From assembly GCA_964496095.1 (NCBI GenBank), contig CAZBWU010000002.1:79595-143594 (forward strand): 64,000 bases of DNA. The letters run 5' to 3'. The position numbers and the translations under genes are program-made. Origin of the DNA: an uncultured Gammaproteobacteria bacterium (GTDB lineage: Bacteria; Patescibacteriota; Patescibacteriia; Magasanikbacterales; GWA2-37-8). Positions 39,567 through 50,553 of this stretch are shown here, piece by piece. Every line of letters starts with the position of its first letter. The stretch's first letter is position 1. The notes beneath the pieces are model-generated. The model made no database searches and was not told the DNA's origin. It saw only the letters and a program-made list of their open reading frames with translations.

Positions 39567-40651
39567 AAAAAAAATATCTTAATCTTTTGAATAATTTCAT
39601 TCTGCTCATCGTCGGTCAAAAACGGATAGCATGATAATGAAAGTATTTCTTCTTGAAATTGATCGGTTTTTTTCAGCTGAATTTCATGGTACTCGTCACG
39701 GTAACAGGGCTGTTTGGGGATACTCGTCGGATAATGAATTAACGCATCAATACCGTTATCAGAAAGATAGGATTTCAATTCATTTCTCTTTCCGTCATGC
39801 ACCCGAATGACAAATAGATGGTAGGCCGATGTGTGGTCAAATTCCCCTATAGCCAATCCATTAATCTCGGACAACTCATTAATATATTTCTCCGCAATCG
39901 ATCTCCGTTTCTGAATAAATTCATCCAATTTTTTCAGCTTGGTGTCCAGCACCATACACTGCACTGCATTGATTCTGAAATTACTACCTTTCATAATGTG
40001 GTTATACCTACCTTCCTGTCCATAATTCCGATACGATGTCACATACTCCGCCACTGCCTTATCATTAGTCACCACCATTCCGCCTTCGCCGAGCGAACCC
40101 AGATTTTTGGTGGGATAGAAGCTAAATGCTTTGGTGTACACAGCAGAGGCCCCGGCAAATTTCGCGCCATGAGCCTGGCACGCGTCCTCTATAATTTGCA
40201 AGCTATGCTTCACGGCAATCGCCCTAATTGCCTCCATGTCGCACACCTTGCCAAACAAATGCACCGGCAAAATCGCTCTTGTTTTACTGGTAATTAATTG
40301 CTCAATTTTATGCACATCAATTAAAAAATTCTCGCTGATATCACAAAAAACCGGCACCGCGCCTATATTGGAGATCGCCAAACTCGTCGCGACCGCGCTG
40401 TTTGGAACAGTAATTACCTCATCTCCACGCTTAACTCCGTGTGCCAAGAGCGACATCTCGAGGGCAGACAATCCAGTGGAAGTGGCAACCGCATAGGCGT
40501 ACCCACAATACTGGGCAAAATTCTTTTCAAAATTTTCAGTGGCAGGACCAAGCACATAATTTCCAGCTTCCCCAAACTGCCTGAACCCTTTGATCAATTC
40601 GATCTCAAAAAATTCCCACTCTCTTTTCATGTCAATAAAAGGAATACGCAT
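39563..40651 (-). CDS. DegT/DnrJ/EryC1/StrS aminotransferase (FdtB/QdtB-like)
   Basis: PVHLFG, IEDACQAHGA, FSFYPTKNLG..GEGG; adjacent to fdtA. Confidence 0.9.
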   Translation of the reverse strand: MRIPFIDMKREWEFFEIELIKGFRQFGEAGNYVLGPATENFEKNFAQYCGYAYAVATSTGLSALEMSLLAHGVKRGDEVITVPNSAVATSLAISNIGAVPVFCDISENFLIDVHKIEQLITSKTRAILPVHLFGKVCDMEAIRAIAVKHSLQIIEDACQAHGAKFAGASAVYTKAFSFYPTKNLGSLGEGGMVVTNDKAVAEYVTSYRNYGQEGRYNHIMKGSNFRINAVQCMVLDTKLKKLDEFIQKRRSIAEKYINELSEINGLAIGEFDHTSAYHLFVIRVHDGKRNELKSYLSDNGIDALIHYPTSIPKQPCYRDEYHEIQLKKTDQFQEEILSLSCYPFLTDDEQNEIIQKIKIFFL

Positions 40652-40653
40652 AG

Positions 40654-41079
40654 TTATGTTGTTAATCTTTTAAACTCATCATATGCTCTAATATAATCTT
40701 TTTCATCGTACCAATCACTTGCAAAAACCAATATTACACAGTCAGAAGAAAAATTCAACATCGTGTGCCACAACATCGGCCCCAGTCGTATACCTACCGA
40801 CGGATCGTTCATGGCAATTCTCTGTTTATGTTTGCCGTCATCAAGACGTAACACAAATGAGCCGTTGATACAAAAAATAATCTGCTCGAGTTTTTTGTGT
40901 GCATGTTTGCCCCTGACTGCTTTTTTATTGAAGAGATTATTGATAATATATACTCGTTTTATGGTAAATGGTATATTTTTTCTAGCTTCGGCAATTACCA
41001 AATTTCCATCAGGAAAATCCTCGTAACATTGTAGTTTTACTACACCAGAATTTTTTACGTTAATCTTTTTTGGTTTCAT
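40654..41079 (-). CDS. FdtA/QdtA-family sugar 3,4-ketoisomerase (cupin)
   Basis: GNL, IPF.IKRVY, RG.HAHK, WH.M, Y.E.DYIR.Y.EF. Confidence 0.9.
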   Translation of the reverse strand: MKPKKINVKNSGVVKLQCYEDFPDGNLVIAEARKNIPFTIKRVYIINNLFNKKAVRGKHAHKKLEQIIFCINGSFVLRLDDGKHKQRIAMNDPSVGIRLGPMLWHTMLNFSSDCVILVFASDWYDEKDYIRAYDEFKRLTT

Positions 41080-41085
41080 ACAATA

Positions 41086-42054
41086 TTATTTTTGTTTAAA
41101 CGACTTAAGCATGATAAAAGGCATGGCAATCTTTTTGATAACCTGACGCAGATTATCATTAAAAGCCGGACGACGATCAAAACCTTGAAAATCAGGGAAC
41201 TGTTTTTTTACTGTGGCAACTACGTTTTGTAATTCGGAAGTATAACCGGGATATATTAACTCACGGTCATGTGACGTAATAAAATAGGAAGAATAGTAAA
41301 GCTGAAATTTATTCAGACCGTACATTTTTAATGAGTGAAAATGATAAAAAACTAATTGATCTTCATCAATAAAAATAGTTTGGTTTTTTTGGGAAAGTAC
41401 ATAACGATTAATATTCCATGGCGCCAAATTAGCTCCTTTATTTTTGAGTACATGTACTCCTTGATATTCTTTAGTCCAGGTATCTAAATACATCTGATCG
41501 CCAAATTTCCCTGGTTCATAACGATTGTAGCACCAGACTAAACATTGTTTGCGCCAGGTATTGAGACACCGTAATCCTTCAGCGTTATTTTTGATAATTA
41601 CGAGACTGACATTATAGATACCGGATTGTTTTTCAAGATACTGGAGACCGACCGAATAATTATGACGAATGATTAAGATGTTACAGTCACTCATCTCATC
41701 ATAGATAACCTGAGGTGAAGAGAAAAAATAGGTATCAGCATCAATATAAGCTACAATGGCTATTTCGGGATTATGCTGCACCACATGCCACATAAGTGAT
41801 GATGCACACGTCCAGCAATACTCACCAAGCCCTCTCCCTTTCTTAGCTTCGAGTAATTCCGGTGTTTCAAACTCCGCTAAACTGATCAACTTAATATTTT
41901 TTAACTGTAATCCTCTTATAATCTTATACGTTTCATCATCCATACATAAAATCCACAATGTAAAATCAATCCGCTGTCTCTCAAGAGAATAATAGAGCGC
42001 TAAACCACGATAAAGATAATTTTTATTAAACAGAGTACAAAAATTATAGGTCAT
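41086..42054 (-). CDS. Putative glycosyltransferase
   Basis: FCTLF..NYL.RGLALY.SL, EYCWT, YIDAD, FGDQ.YLD.W, NLAPWN, FYHFH. Confidence 0.75.
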   Translation of the reverse strand: MTYNFCTLFNKNYLYRGLALYYSLERQRIDFTLWILCMDDETYKIIRGLQLKNIKLISLAEFETPELLEAKKGRGLGEYCWTCASSLMWHVVQHNPEIAIVAYIDADTYFFSSPQVIYDEMSDCNILIIRHNYSVGLQYLEKQSGIYNVSLVIIKNNAEGLRCLNTWRKQCLVWCYNRYEPGKFGDQMYLDTWTKEYQGVHVLKNKGANLAPWNINRYVLSQKNQTIFIDEDQLVFYHFHSLKMYGLNKFQLYYSSYFITSHDRELIYPGYTSELQNVVATVKKQFPDFQGFDRRPAFNDNLRQVIKKIAMPFIMLKSFKQK

Positions 42055-42779
42055 ATTTTTTTTGCATGTACCACATAATCAAGCGTGATCCATGAATTAC
42101 GGAATATTGCATCCAAAATAATGCTTACGGCTTGGATAGGAAAGCACAGTAATAATGACACTAGGAATTTAAGTAGTATCCATTTTCCAGCAAGTGTTTC
42201 AAATATAAATGCCGACAGTATTTGACCGCAGACTCGGAATACTCCTGTGGTTGATTCTATGCTCGTGATAGTCAATTTTGCTTTCCCAAATATCTGTTCA
42301 TGACCATAGCGCGTGAACCTTCTAAAATCAAACGGGGTTTCATGTTCATTCCACACAAAAGGCATAGTTAAAAATAGTTCTCCATCTTTCTTAAGCACTC
42401 GATGGCATTCCATGAGTAAATTTTCCGAATCCTCAACGTGTTCTAAAACTTGGGTGCAAATAACAATATCAAATGATTCATCAGGCATCGGGATAGTTTT
42501 ACCATCAAAATACTCATCAACTTGCTTAGCAGTATCCAGATGACCGCCACCGGTAATATCAATACCGATATACTCTGCGTCATTAAATAATAACTGGTAA
42601 GGTTTGTCACCACAGCCAATATCTAGAATCTTTAATTTTTTTTCTTTTTTAGTATTAGCATACTTCTTAATAGAGCAATATAAACCTCGCCTAGCAATAA
42701 AGTAAGGATTACCAATAATGCCCCACCACGGAGGTCTAAAGAAGATCATTTTATAAAAACTCTTTAATTTTTCTCGCAT
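42051..42779 (-). CDS. Class I SAM-dependent methyltransferase (type 11)
   Basis: ILDIGCG.KPY, FD.VICTQVLEHV, HE.PFDF.RFT. Confidence 0.87.
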   Translation of the reverse strand: MREKLKSFYKMIFFRPPWWGIIGNPYFIARRGLYCSIKKYANTKKEKKLKILDIGCGDKPYQLLFNDAEYIGIDITGGGHLDTAKQVDEYFDGKTIPMPDESFDIVICTQVLEHVEDSENLLMECHRVLKKDGELFLTMPFVWNEHETPFDFRRFTRYGHEQIFGKAKLTITSIESTTGVFRVCGQILSAFIFETLAGKWILLKFLVSLLLCFPIQAVSIILDAIFRNSWITLDYVVHAKKI

Positions 42780-42906
42780 AATATAACCGCGATTCACGAC
42801 TCGTGAAAATAGATAAGTGAAATATAATAGTCTACCATTCGCACACAAAACTTCATGCTACAATACCACTTGCAACGCTTCATTGCAAATGAAGCAATCA
42901 AACTAA

Positions 42907-43839
42907 TTACCAGCGCAACTTTATGCGTGCTCTCATTATTTTAAAATAATTTCTCACCCAAATAATAATAATTATTATTCTCATTTTAGGAGTTTTAAAA
43001 TAGCGTTCAATAGCTTTCCGTGCGAGCTGATTTTCTTCAAGCGGGATCCTTTCAACAAAAATGGGTTCTTGCGAAATATGATTTTCAAATATTTTTACTG
43101 AGCCGCTATGCACCCCACTGCCATCAAATCCAATATTATCTACCAGTGTTTTATAAGGAAATAAAGTTAATTTATTTTTTAAAAAAGCTGCCGCATGCCA
43201 CCGTACCGCCCATGATTTGTTTACCCCGCATAATTGCCCTTCTAACATCTGGGTGTATGGATAAGCTCCTCCAAAATCAAACTCCTTAGTTAACTTTCTC
43301 TTTTTTAATTCATCCAATAATTTCCTGCTATCAGGCTCAAAGATATTCCACCCCCGCTTCCATGTCGCCCAGCCCTGACAATCGGTTCCTCGGATAAAAA
43401 ACGTTGAGGGCAAGGTCTCTTTAAGAGAAAACAAATAGCCGTGAATACTAACTACCTGATCATTATACTCATAAAGCGTAAGCGCTTCATTCATATATTT
43501 TAGGAAATAGGGAGAAGTTAAAAGATCGTCTTCAAGGACAATTATTTTTCCATACTGAGTTACAACCTTAGTAACTCCGTCAATTATTGATTTTGCCAAA
43601 CCAAAATTATAATCTCGTTCAATTATCTCCACAGTTTTAAATCCTTGAATTGTTCTTAACAGCTCACGCGTTTCAGAAACTTTTTCTTCGGCTTCTTCAT
43701 TTTTAGGACCATCAGCAAAAATAATTAGCTGACTTTCGCTAGCTAATTTATTTTTCTTTAAAGCTTCAATAGTAAGCTTCGTATGTTCTGGACGATTATA
43801 GACAAACAAAACAATAGGGGCGAGATTCATATTATTCAT
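42907..43839 (-). CDS. Glycosyltransferase (GT-A, family 2-like)
   Basis: APIVLFVYNRPEHT, FADG, GLA.SII.GV, IVLEDD, GWATW, NIGFDGSG.H. Confidence 0.87.
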   Translation of the reverse strand: MNNMNLAPIVLFVYNRPEHTKLTIEALKKNKLASESQLIIFADGPKNEEAEEKVSETRELLRTIQGFKTVEIIERDYNFGLAKSIIDGVTKVVTQYGKIIVLEDDLLTSPYFLKYMNEALTLYEYNDQVVSIHGYLFSLKETLPSTFFIRGTDCQGWATWKRGWNIFEPDSRKLLDELKKRKLTKEFDFGGAYPYTQMLEGQLCGVNKSWAVRWHAAAFLKNKLTLFPYKTLVDNIGFDGSGVHSGSVKIFENHISQEPIFVERIPLEENQLARKAIERYFKTPKMRIIIIIIWVRNYFKIMRARIKLRW

Positions 43840-44563
43840 GACGTAAAATAGCCTGTAAGATCTCATCTTCACCGAATACCTCGCTTAAAATATGAGCGTT
43901 GGGAAGTATACAATGACCACCAATTTTTCCATTTTCTGGAGCGCTCAGAACTGGACGAATCACATTGGTTTTTCCGAGCTCAATATAACCCTCATTATAA
44001 CTCGCATTAAAATCAGTCATTACTTCATCAAACTTTACACCTTCAAATTTCTTACAGATTTCTGCGGCATAAGCATGAAAAGCAATGCAAAGGCCATAAT
44101 ACGTTGTATCAAATAATTTACCTAGTTCCGTCGCTACTGATGACGCACAAACTTTTACCCTACTAATACCAATACTTCGCAAATGCTCTGCTGCTCGCTC
44201 TCCTAATTCTGGATCATCAGCACCAATAAATTTAATAAAGGTTTTAATACCCTCAAATAACTTAGGATGCACTCCGCGAACTGGTGAGTGAACGACATTA
44301 CCAAACATATCGAATAATTTTTTCGTGTCCCCAGCTCCGATCGTTGAATGGATGATAACTAAGCGTGGTCGATAAGTAGTAATATTTTCGGCGACAATAT
44401 CATGAAAATTTTTAAGATACGGAATACAAATATGAAGAACATCAAGATTGGAATCGAAGGTATTAATATCTAAATCACGAATCAACGGATTAGTATAAAA
44501 CTGAGCAATGGCCCTACCTATTTCTCCATATCCTAAAATACCAACTTTAAATGTTTCTGACAT
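43832..44563 (-). CDS. Short nucleotide-sugar dehydrogenase-like protein (no C-terminal domain)
   Basis: GYGEIG, HICIP, IHST, HSPVRG.HP, TELGKL, IGGHCILPN. Confidence 0.7.
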   Translation of the reverse strand: MSETFKVGILGYGEIGRAIAQFYTNPLIRDLDINTFDSNLDVLHICIPYLKNFHDIVAENITTYRPRLVIIHSTIGAGDTKKLFDMFGNVVHSPVRGVHPKLFEGIKTFIKFIGADDPELGERAAEHLRSIGISRVKVCASSVATELGKLFDTTYYGLCIAFHAYAAEICKKFEGVKFDEVMTDFNASYNEGYIELGKTNVIRPVLSAPENGKIGGHCILPNAHILSEVFGEDEILQAILRHE

Positions 44564-44581
44564 ATTTTAAATCATATAAAT

Positions 44582-45280
44582 TTAAATCTTTTGCAATATT
44601 AAAACATACCCATTCTTTTTTGAAAAAGGAAATTTTAAGTATGTCCAAAGTAGAGCCAACAATCTATTGATAAAAATCTTTGCTTTAGAAAGACCAGCAT
44701 TTTGAAATTTACAATTTCCTCTTCGATACCAACAAGTAACAACTTTTAGATTTCCTACACCAACTTTTTGTTGCTGTTGATTACTGAAATAATTGGTTAT
44801 TGTTTCAGGAGGATACGGTCGAACATGATCAATATCTAAATAAAAATCGGGGTGCATTAAAGGACTTCTTAATATAATGTAACCCCCTGATTTTGTGATT
44901 CTAACCAGCTGATCCAAAACAGTTGAAATTTCTGGATATTTAAAATGTTCAATTACATGTGAGCAATGTATAATATCAAAATTTTCTGCAGGATAGGGTA
45001 ACGAAGTCACATCAGCACAGAGAGTTTTTAAACCTTGATCATTAATTTTATTTACTAAATCCTGATTGATTTCAACACATTCAATATCAATATTTTTATA
45101 CAAATCCCGTATTTTTAAAGGGAACCTTCCAGTACCCGAACCAACTTCCAAATATTTATATTGCCTCTCTGGACTTAATAGTCTAAAAAATTTTAAAACT
45201 GGCTTATCCTCATAGCTATAACTTTCCTCATAAAACTTACGTTTTAGCCTATCAAAAAAATCAAGGTGATACATTTTCAT
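44582..45280 (-). CDS. Class I SAM-dependent methyltransferase
   Basis: LEVGSGTG, FDIIHCSHVIEH, FY.D.DHVRPY. Confidence 0.85.
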   Translation of the reverse strand: MKMYHLDFFDRLKRKFYEESYSYEDKPVLKFFRLLSPERQYKYLEVGSGTGRFPLKIRDLYKNIDIECVEINQDLVNKINDQGLKTLCADVTSLPYPAENFDIIHCSHVIEHFKYPEISTVLDQLVRITKSGGYIILRSPLMHPDFYLDIDHVRPYPPETITNYFSNQQQQKVGVGNLKVVTCWYRRGNCKFQNAGLSKAKIFINRLLALLWTYLKFPFSKKNGYVLILQKI

Positions 45281-47072
45281 AGATGACTGCTTTAAGATGT
45301 GATTGTAAATTATTTTGAAATTCATTCTCTAACGTCTTTTCAATATATAAGGCATTATATAATCTTATAATTTCCTCATGAATACCTAAGGATTCTTGAC
45401 TCTCAGTTACCTGTACCTGTGGCGAAATAAGTGGGAGCAAACTATTTCTTGATTCTTGTAGCATGCTTTCAACTTGGTTAATATCCAAATGCTGCGCAAC
45501 CTGCTCTTGGCATTCTTCTGTCTGTTTTTTTCCTCCAAGTAAAAGACGCATTTTTATCCAGAACTTCAGTTGTTGCGGCAAAAAATCATAAATAGCTCGT
45601 TTTATTTTGGGTAAAATTGGTAGTGCAGCAAGCTTGCTTCCGCGTTTTCCTCTTACTCTCCAGCGAAATACTGAGCGATTAAAAAAAAGATTATACCATC
45701 GATAGGCCTGCCTAACCTTTTCGAAACTCCAGCCTTCATGAAGAGCCTGTTCAATTTTTCTAAAGTAATCATCGTGGCTCTCAGCCACATAATTAATATC
45801 TGGAGTATAGTTAATGAGATCTTTAGAATAAATGACGACTGGAATTCCGAGTAAGCTCATTTCTACACCGACCGAAGACCAGGCATTTAAAAAAACATCC
45901 GTTTCCTGAGCTATATTGTATAATGAAATTTTTTCAGCAGGCCAATTTACCCGACAGTTACTCGGCAAATCTTTAAAAATTTTTTCAAGCATACGAGCAT
46001 GCTCAGATATAGTAGCGTTCTTTTTAGAAGGGAATTCACGTGGATGTACCCGAATAATCAAAAAAAGGTCCGGTCTCGTTCTAAGGTATTCTACTAACGA
46101 CATAATCCATGCTACTTGCGAAGCGAAAATGAGATTAGAGGGTTCTTTTTTTACCCCAATTGCTTCCGCAGCAAAACGCTCATCATAACTGCTCATCACC
46201 GCAGTGAGTATCTTTTGAGTTTTACTAATTTTAAAAGAGCTTCTTATATCAACGGGCAGAGCACTTTTGGCAGTGGAATAGACCAAATGATGACGTGCCT
46301 CAAGAAGTTCGAGAAAATGATCCGTTACATAGCTCAATTCATCTTGGGTACACGGAATATGTTTAAAGGACTTCCACTGATCCTTTAATTCGTTAAAGTA
46401 CGCAAACGAGTTATCTTTAGATACGATAAGTGTATCATCCAAATCCGACAAATTCAAGCCAGCATGGATAAAATAGACAGGCACCCCTTTGGCGCGAGCA
46501 TACTCCTGCCACACATGATTTACAGAGTATAAAGCATTATAAACGATAATAATATCGGGTTTTTCAATAGCAATAATTTTCCGGGCGGAAAAAAAAGAAA
46601 AAAGGGTGTTCGTGAGACTGATAAGATATTCTTGCCACTCTGATTCAGAAAATTCCAAGGACATTTTTTTATGATGCAATAAAAATTCATACAAAGCACT
46701 CTTACCAACACTAGTTCCATCAATCACTAATTCGGTGAAATTATCCTGATTAACTTTTTTCACTATCATAGCAATCTCATCTAAATCTTGCTCTGTAAGA
46801 ACAGTGTTAATTGCATAGCCTAAGAGATTAAATTCTTTTCTAATAATTTCCTCATTAAGTACTCCTAGCCTTTTTACTGTTTCTTTATCAATGGGTCTTG
46901 AAGAGTATTTCAGATTATAACTACTCAAACAAATACTACAATCAATAAATTGCGTACCGGCAGTTACATATGTAACCTCATGTCCTTTTTTCTGAAGCGC
47001 GACAGCAAGTGTGGCTTCCGGAAGGGCGAATGACCAAACAGCCGTATGCGGCGCAAAGCTAATAATCTTCAT
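45261..47072 (-). CDS. Capsule polysaccharide biosynthesis/modification protein (GT-B-like)
   Basis: IIRVHPRE, SSVGVE..LLG.PV; located in the glycan cluster. Confidence 0.65.
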   Translation of the reverse strand: MKIISFAPHTAVWSFALPEATLAVALQKKGHEVTYVTAGTQFIDCSICLSSYNLKYSSRPIDKETVKRLGVLNEEIIRKEFNLLGYAINTVLTEQDLDEIAMIVKKVNQDNFTELVIDGTSVGKSALYEFLLHHKKMSLEFSESEWQEYLISLTNTLFSFFSARKIIAIEKPDIIIVYNALYSVNHVWQEYARAKGVPVYFIHAGLNLSDLDDTLIVSKDNSFAYFNELKDQWKSFKHIPCTQDELSYVTDHFLELLEARHHLVYSTAKSALPVDIRSSFKISKTQKILTAVMSSYDERFAAEAIGVKKEPSNLIFASQVAWIMSLVEYLRTRPDLFLIIRVHPREFPSKKNATISEHARMLEKIFKDLPSNCRVNWPAEKISLYNIAQETDVFLNAWSSVGVEMSLLGIPVVIYSKDLINYTPDINYVAESHDDYFRKIEQALHEGWSFEKVRQAYRWYNLFFNRSVFRWRVRGKRGSKLAALPILPKIKRAIYDFLPQQLKFWIKMRLLLGGKKQTEECQEQVAQHLDINQVESMLQESRNSLLPLISPQVQVTESQESLGIHEEIIRLYNALYIEKTLENEFQNNLQSHLKAVIYENVSP

Positions 47073-48514
47073 ATCGAACAAATTGATTTAATCTTAATAG
47101 TAAGAGCTTGAGAGATGTTTCGAATACTGATTTCATCAGTTACCGAAGATATTACTTTATACCCCAAATCAACGCACCCTTCAATAGTGGTATCCTCAAG
47201 CGCTTTCAAAAAAATCTTTAAGTCTTTAAGAGTTGGCGCGTATTTTTGAGTAATTATTTTATCCAAAGCTTCTTCGCAATCTTGAATAGTCATAATTGAA
47301 AATACTCCCCGAGCAAACTGATAAAAATTATGACCAAACATAAGTACAGGTTTGCCGCGATACAATGCTTCCCAGCCGGCCGTACCCGTGGCAGTGGCAA
47401 CAGCTAAAGAATTTTTGAGTAACTCAAAAGTACTAAAGGAGCTAGGAACCAACCGGACCTGAGGTATCTTTAAAAATTCTTTATAAAAATCAATATCTCT
47501 TCCTATTATAGTCTGAAAAAGATGCTCTTTTACATATATCAAAACATCTTTAGGAAGAGTATAAGCAATCATTTGGGCAATAAGGAGTTGTTCCGCGAAA
47601 ACACCGGCTAACGGTGAGGTTGTTACCTCAGGTTGTAAATGCAAAGGAAAATAGATGTAACGTGCTTTCAAATCTGGGACGGTTGAATTCTTTTTATAAA
47701 ACTTAAACAATTTATTTTCTGAATAAATTCTTCGAAAGGAAGTTGCAATTTTTTTAATCATCGCAACCGGCTTTCCAACAAACATCATGAATCGGTTGAA
47801 AGGTATTTTTTTTAGCTTTGCCACCGTACTCGCAAGTATCGTATGAATCGGGATATTTTTTACCACATCAAAGTGTACATGATCTTTACTGCTAGTATTG
47901 AGTTCAAAATCTCGTTTACATCTACCCACCAATTCAATATCTTTCTCATCCACTGTTTCATATTTTTTAAGAAGTTCATCAAACTTAGTTTTTATTTCTA
48001 CCATATTATTTTCCCAATCCTCCATCATGGTAATGGTATCCGAAACTCGTACTTGAAAAAGGAAGAGGGTGGGTATTTTTTTTAATTTACATAACTCGTA
48101 GATGATAAAATCATAGACTTCATGCGGGGGACTCGAGGATAAAAAAAGATCAAAATGACCTTTCTCAAGTATATGATTCCAATAACGAAGGTGTTTAAGA
48201 TAAAGTCTTTTCCTCTCACCATACGTCAGTGGGGCAACTTCAAGTCGATCCATCATTTTTAAAACCATTGCTTCACAACCCTGCATTGATTTAATAAGAT
48301 CTTCTTCAAGAGGTAGTATTTTTTCCCATGAGACGTGATAATCTCCCCAAGTAATATCAGCGGCTTTATGAAAAGTGGCAGCCACCGATGGTGGAAGCGC
48401 TACCTGTACTTCGTTATAAATAACATGACACTTATCAACTTTAAACTCATCTATCACTCCAGAGATAATAGGAAAATAAACTGGATGATGGAAACCATTA
48501 AAAATAATTTTCAT
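47069..48514 (-). CDS. Capsule biosynthesis protein (KpsS/LipB-like)
   Basis: YIYFPLHLQPE.TT, YVKEH, TATGTAGWEA..RGKPV..FG. Confidence 0.7.
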   Translation of the reverse strand: MKIIFNGFHHPVYFPIISGVIDEFKVDKCHVIYNEVQVALPPSVAATFHKAADITWGDYHVSWEKILPLEEDLIKSMQGCEAMVLKMMDRLEVAPLTYGERKRLYLKHLRYWNHILEKGHFDLFLSSSPPHEVYDFIIYELCKLKKIPTLFLFQVRVSDTITMMEDWENNMVEIKTKFDELLKKYETVDEKDIELVGRCKRDFELNTSSKDHVHFDVVKNIPIHTILASTVAKLKKIPFNRFMMFVGKPVAMIKKIATSFRRIYSENKLFKFYKKNSTVPDLKARYIYFPLHLQPEVTTSPLAGVFAEQLLIAQMIAYTLPKDVLIYVKEHLFQTIIGRDIDFYKEFLKIPQVRLVPSSFSTFELLKNSLAVATATGTAGWEALYRGKPVLMFGHNFYQFARGVFSIMTIQDCEEALDKIITQKYAPTLKDLKIFLKALEDTTIEGCVDLGYKVISSVTDEISIRNISQALTIKIKSICSI

Positions 48515-48560
48515 AAAAACCGAATTTATACAATTGTTCAAAATAATATAATAATAGGAA

Positions 48561-49766
48561 CTAAAAAATAGTCGTGTACCTCTTCTGATTTTCTAAAGAC
48601 AGATAAACCTTACCATATGAACTGGACTCACCCCACAAATTATCTTTCCACCATTGCCCGTTCTCTATCCACCACACCCGAGGATCGCGGAATGTGTCTG
48701 CTACTCGGTCAAATTCTTCTTCGCTCCAACCAACATAATCCAGCCAGCGGTACAGGTCTTTAGATTTAATTGAATCCATCTTTTTCACGATTTCTATTCC
48801 TTCTGCTCTAGTCATTTTACCGCCACGGATATCTTTAGATACATGGTCAGTAGCCCGGCCATAACCGAACTTAACGAATTTCATATAATCATGAATACCG
48901 TTTTCGTGCATATCATCTAAATTCGACATACGGCGATATGTTCTCTCAAACGGTTCTTCCGCTTCTTTAAAACCATATTGCTTTACCATTAATGGACCAT
49001 GCTGATTTGCTTCCCATGGAAAGTAATTGGATATAAAAATGCCCCTTACCCCGACACGTTCAATCTCTTCGTCAGTTGGATACATCCAGCTAACCAAATC
49101 TTGTTTACGAAGGTTTTCCCCATACTCAGGAGCTTTGTCAACAAAATCACTCCACTCATAACCCCGTAAATTGTGCTCGTGGCGATAACGGTAAGTAAAT
49201 TCAACCATATCTTTATAAGAATGCATGCCACCTAAGTCCATAAATCCATGTTCACCCCAGATCATTAACGGTACGTTGTGCTGCACAGCCGCTCTTATTG
49301 GGTACGTAAAAATACCGGCGTGGGCATGCCAATTCATGTCCCCCATAATCCGCATACCCAAACGGTTCATAGTTTTAAGCACACCGACACTCGGGGTAAA
49401 AAAAACATGGTCAACATTGAAAACCTCTCGCATGTTAATTAAATTTTCCATGCCAGTTTTGGTATAGTTATTACCGTGATAGGTAACCAGCAAAGGATTA
49501 AGGCCCATAACATTTTTAATGACATGAATTTGGAAATAACTGTCCTTGCCACCGCTAACCGGAATAAGGCAATCATAATTGGAACCGTCTTTGCTTCGGT
49601 ATTGCTCAACCAGTACTTTAAATTTTTGTTTTCTTTCTTCCCAATTAACCACTCCTCTTTCAGAGCTAGTACGACAACCGGAACAAATACCGTTTTCGTC
49701 AAAAGCCAAAGGAACCGCTGAGCTCGCCGGATAAACGCAATTACTACAATAATTCATTTTCTTCAT
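48561..49766 (-). CDS. N-acetyl sugar amidotransferase (WbuX/PseA/WbpG-like)
   Basis: C..C..., YDCLIPVSGGKDS PP-loop, HDYMKFVKFGYGRATD. Confidence 0.9.
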   Translation of the reverse strand: MKKMNYCSNCVYPASSAVPLAFDENGICSGCRTSSERGVVNWEERKQKFKVLVEQYRSKDGSNYDCLIPVSGGKDSYFQIHVIKNVMGLNPLLVTYHGNNYTKTGMENLINMREVFNVDHVFFTPSVGVLKTMNRLGMRIMGDMNWHAHAGIFTYPIRAAVQHNVPLMIWGEHGFMDLGGMHSYKDMVEFTYRYRHEHNLRGYEWSDFVDKAPEYGENLRKQDLVSWMYPTDEEIERVGVRGIFISNYFPWEANQHGPLMVKQYGFKEAEEPFERTYRRMSNLDDMHENGIHDYMKFVKFGYGRATDHVSKDIRGGKMTRAEGIEIVKKMDSIKSKDLYRWLDYVGWSEEEFDRVADTFRDPRVWWIENGQWWKDNLWGESSSYGKVYLSLENQKRYTTIF

Positions 49767-49767
49767 A

Positions 49768-50553
49768 CTATCTAAAATTTAAACCTTCTTGTTTTAATAA
49801 TTTCTTAGCTCGTGGATAACTAAGTTCCGTAAAATGAAAAAAGTTGCCAGCTGCTACTCCTGAAACCGGGACTGCTTTTATCAAATTCACAAAATCTTCT
49901 GTACTCCCGGCTCCCCCGCAGGCAACTACCGGCAACTTAGTCGACTCAACTAATTGTTTGATTGTTTCAAGGTCATAACCATTTGCGTGTCCGTCGCGAT
50001 CTATTGAGTTAAGAAAAATTTCTCCGGCACCAAGTTTTTCACAAATTTTTACCCATTCCACAACTTCCTTACCTTCGTTCTTCTGCCCGAAATTACTATG
50101 GACTACGGCTTTGCCGTCTATTATTTTGTAATCGATAGATATAACTACGGCCTGAGCTCCATATTTTTTGGAAACTTCGGTTATCAATTCTGGGGTTAAG
50201 AATGCTCCTGTATTTAACACTACTTTGTCGGCACCATTCCTGATCCTGAAATCAACATCTTCCAAAGTCCTGATCCCCCCACCAAAAGCCAGTGGCATAA
50301 AACAAACTGTAGAAATAGCTTGAATAATTTCTTCAATACTGCTATATGATTTAGTTTCCAAATCATCTCTTCTTAAATCATACTTTTTCTCGCGACTTAT
50401 ATCAATATAGATTAATTCGTCGACATTCCACTGATTGTAACGCCTAGCTTCATCTACCACATTGCCAATGTTCTGATGGTAAGAAAAGTCTTCGCTTCTA
50501 ACAATAAAGCCATTTTTAATATATAAAACTGGAATCAAACGTGTCTTAATCAT
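49768..50553 (-). CDS. HisF-like cyclase subunit (WbuZ-type)
   Basis: RLIPVL, VDELIYIDI, MPLAFGGGI, GAGEIFLNSIDRDG; glycan-cluster context. Confidence 0.85.
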   Translation of the reverse strand: MIKTRLIPVLYIKNGFIVRSEDFSYHQNIGNVVDEARRYNQWNVDELIYIDISREKKYDLRRDDLETKSYSSIEEIIQAISTVCFMPLAFGGGIRTLEDVDFRIRNGADKVVLNTGAFLTPELITEVSKKYGAQAVVISIDYKIIDGKAVVHSNFGQKNEGKEVVEWVKICEKLGAGEIFLNSIDRDGHANGYDLETIKQLVESTKLPVVACGGAGSTEDFVNLIKAVPVSGVAAGNFFHFTELSYPRAKKLLKQEGLNFR

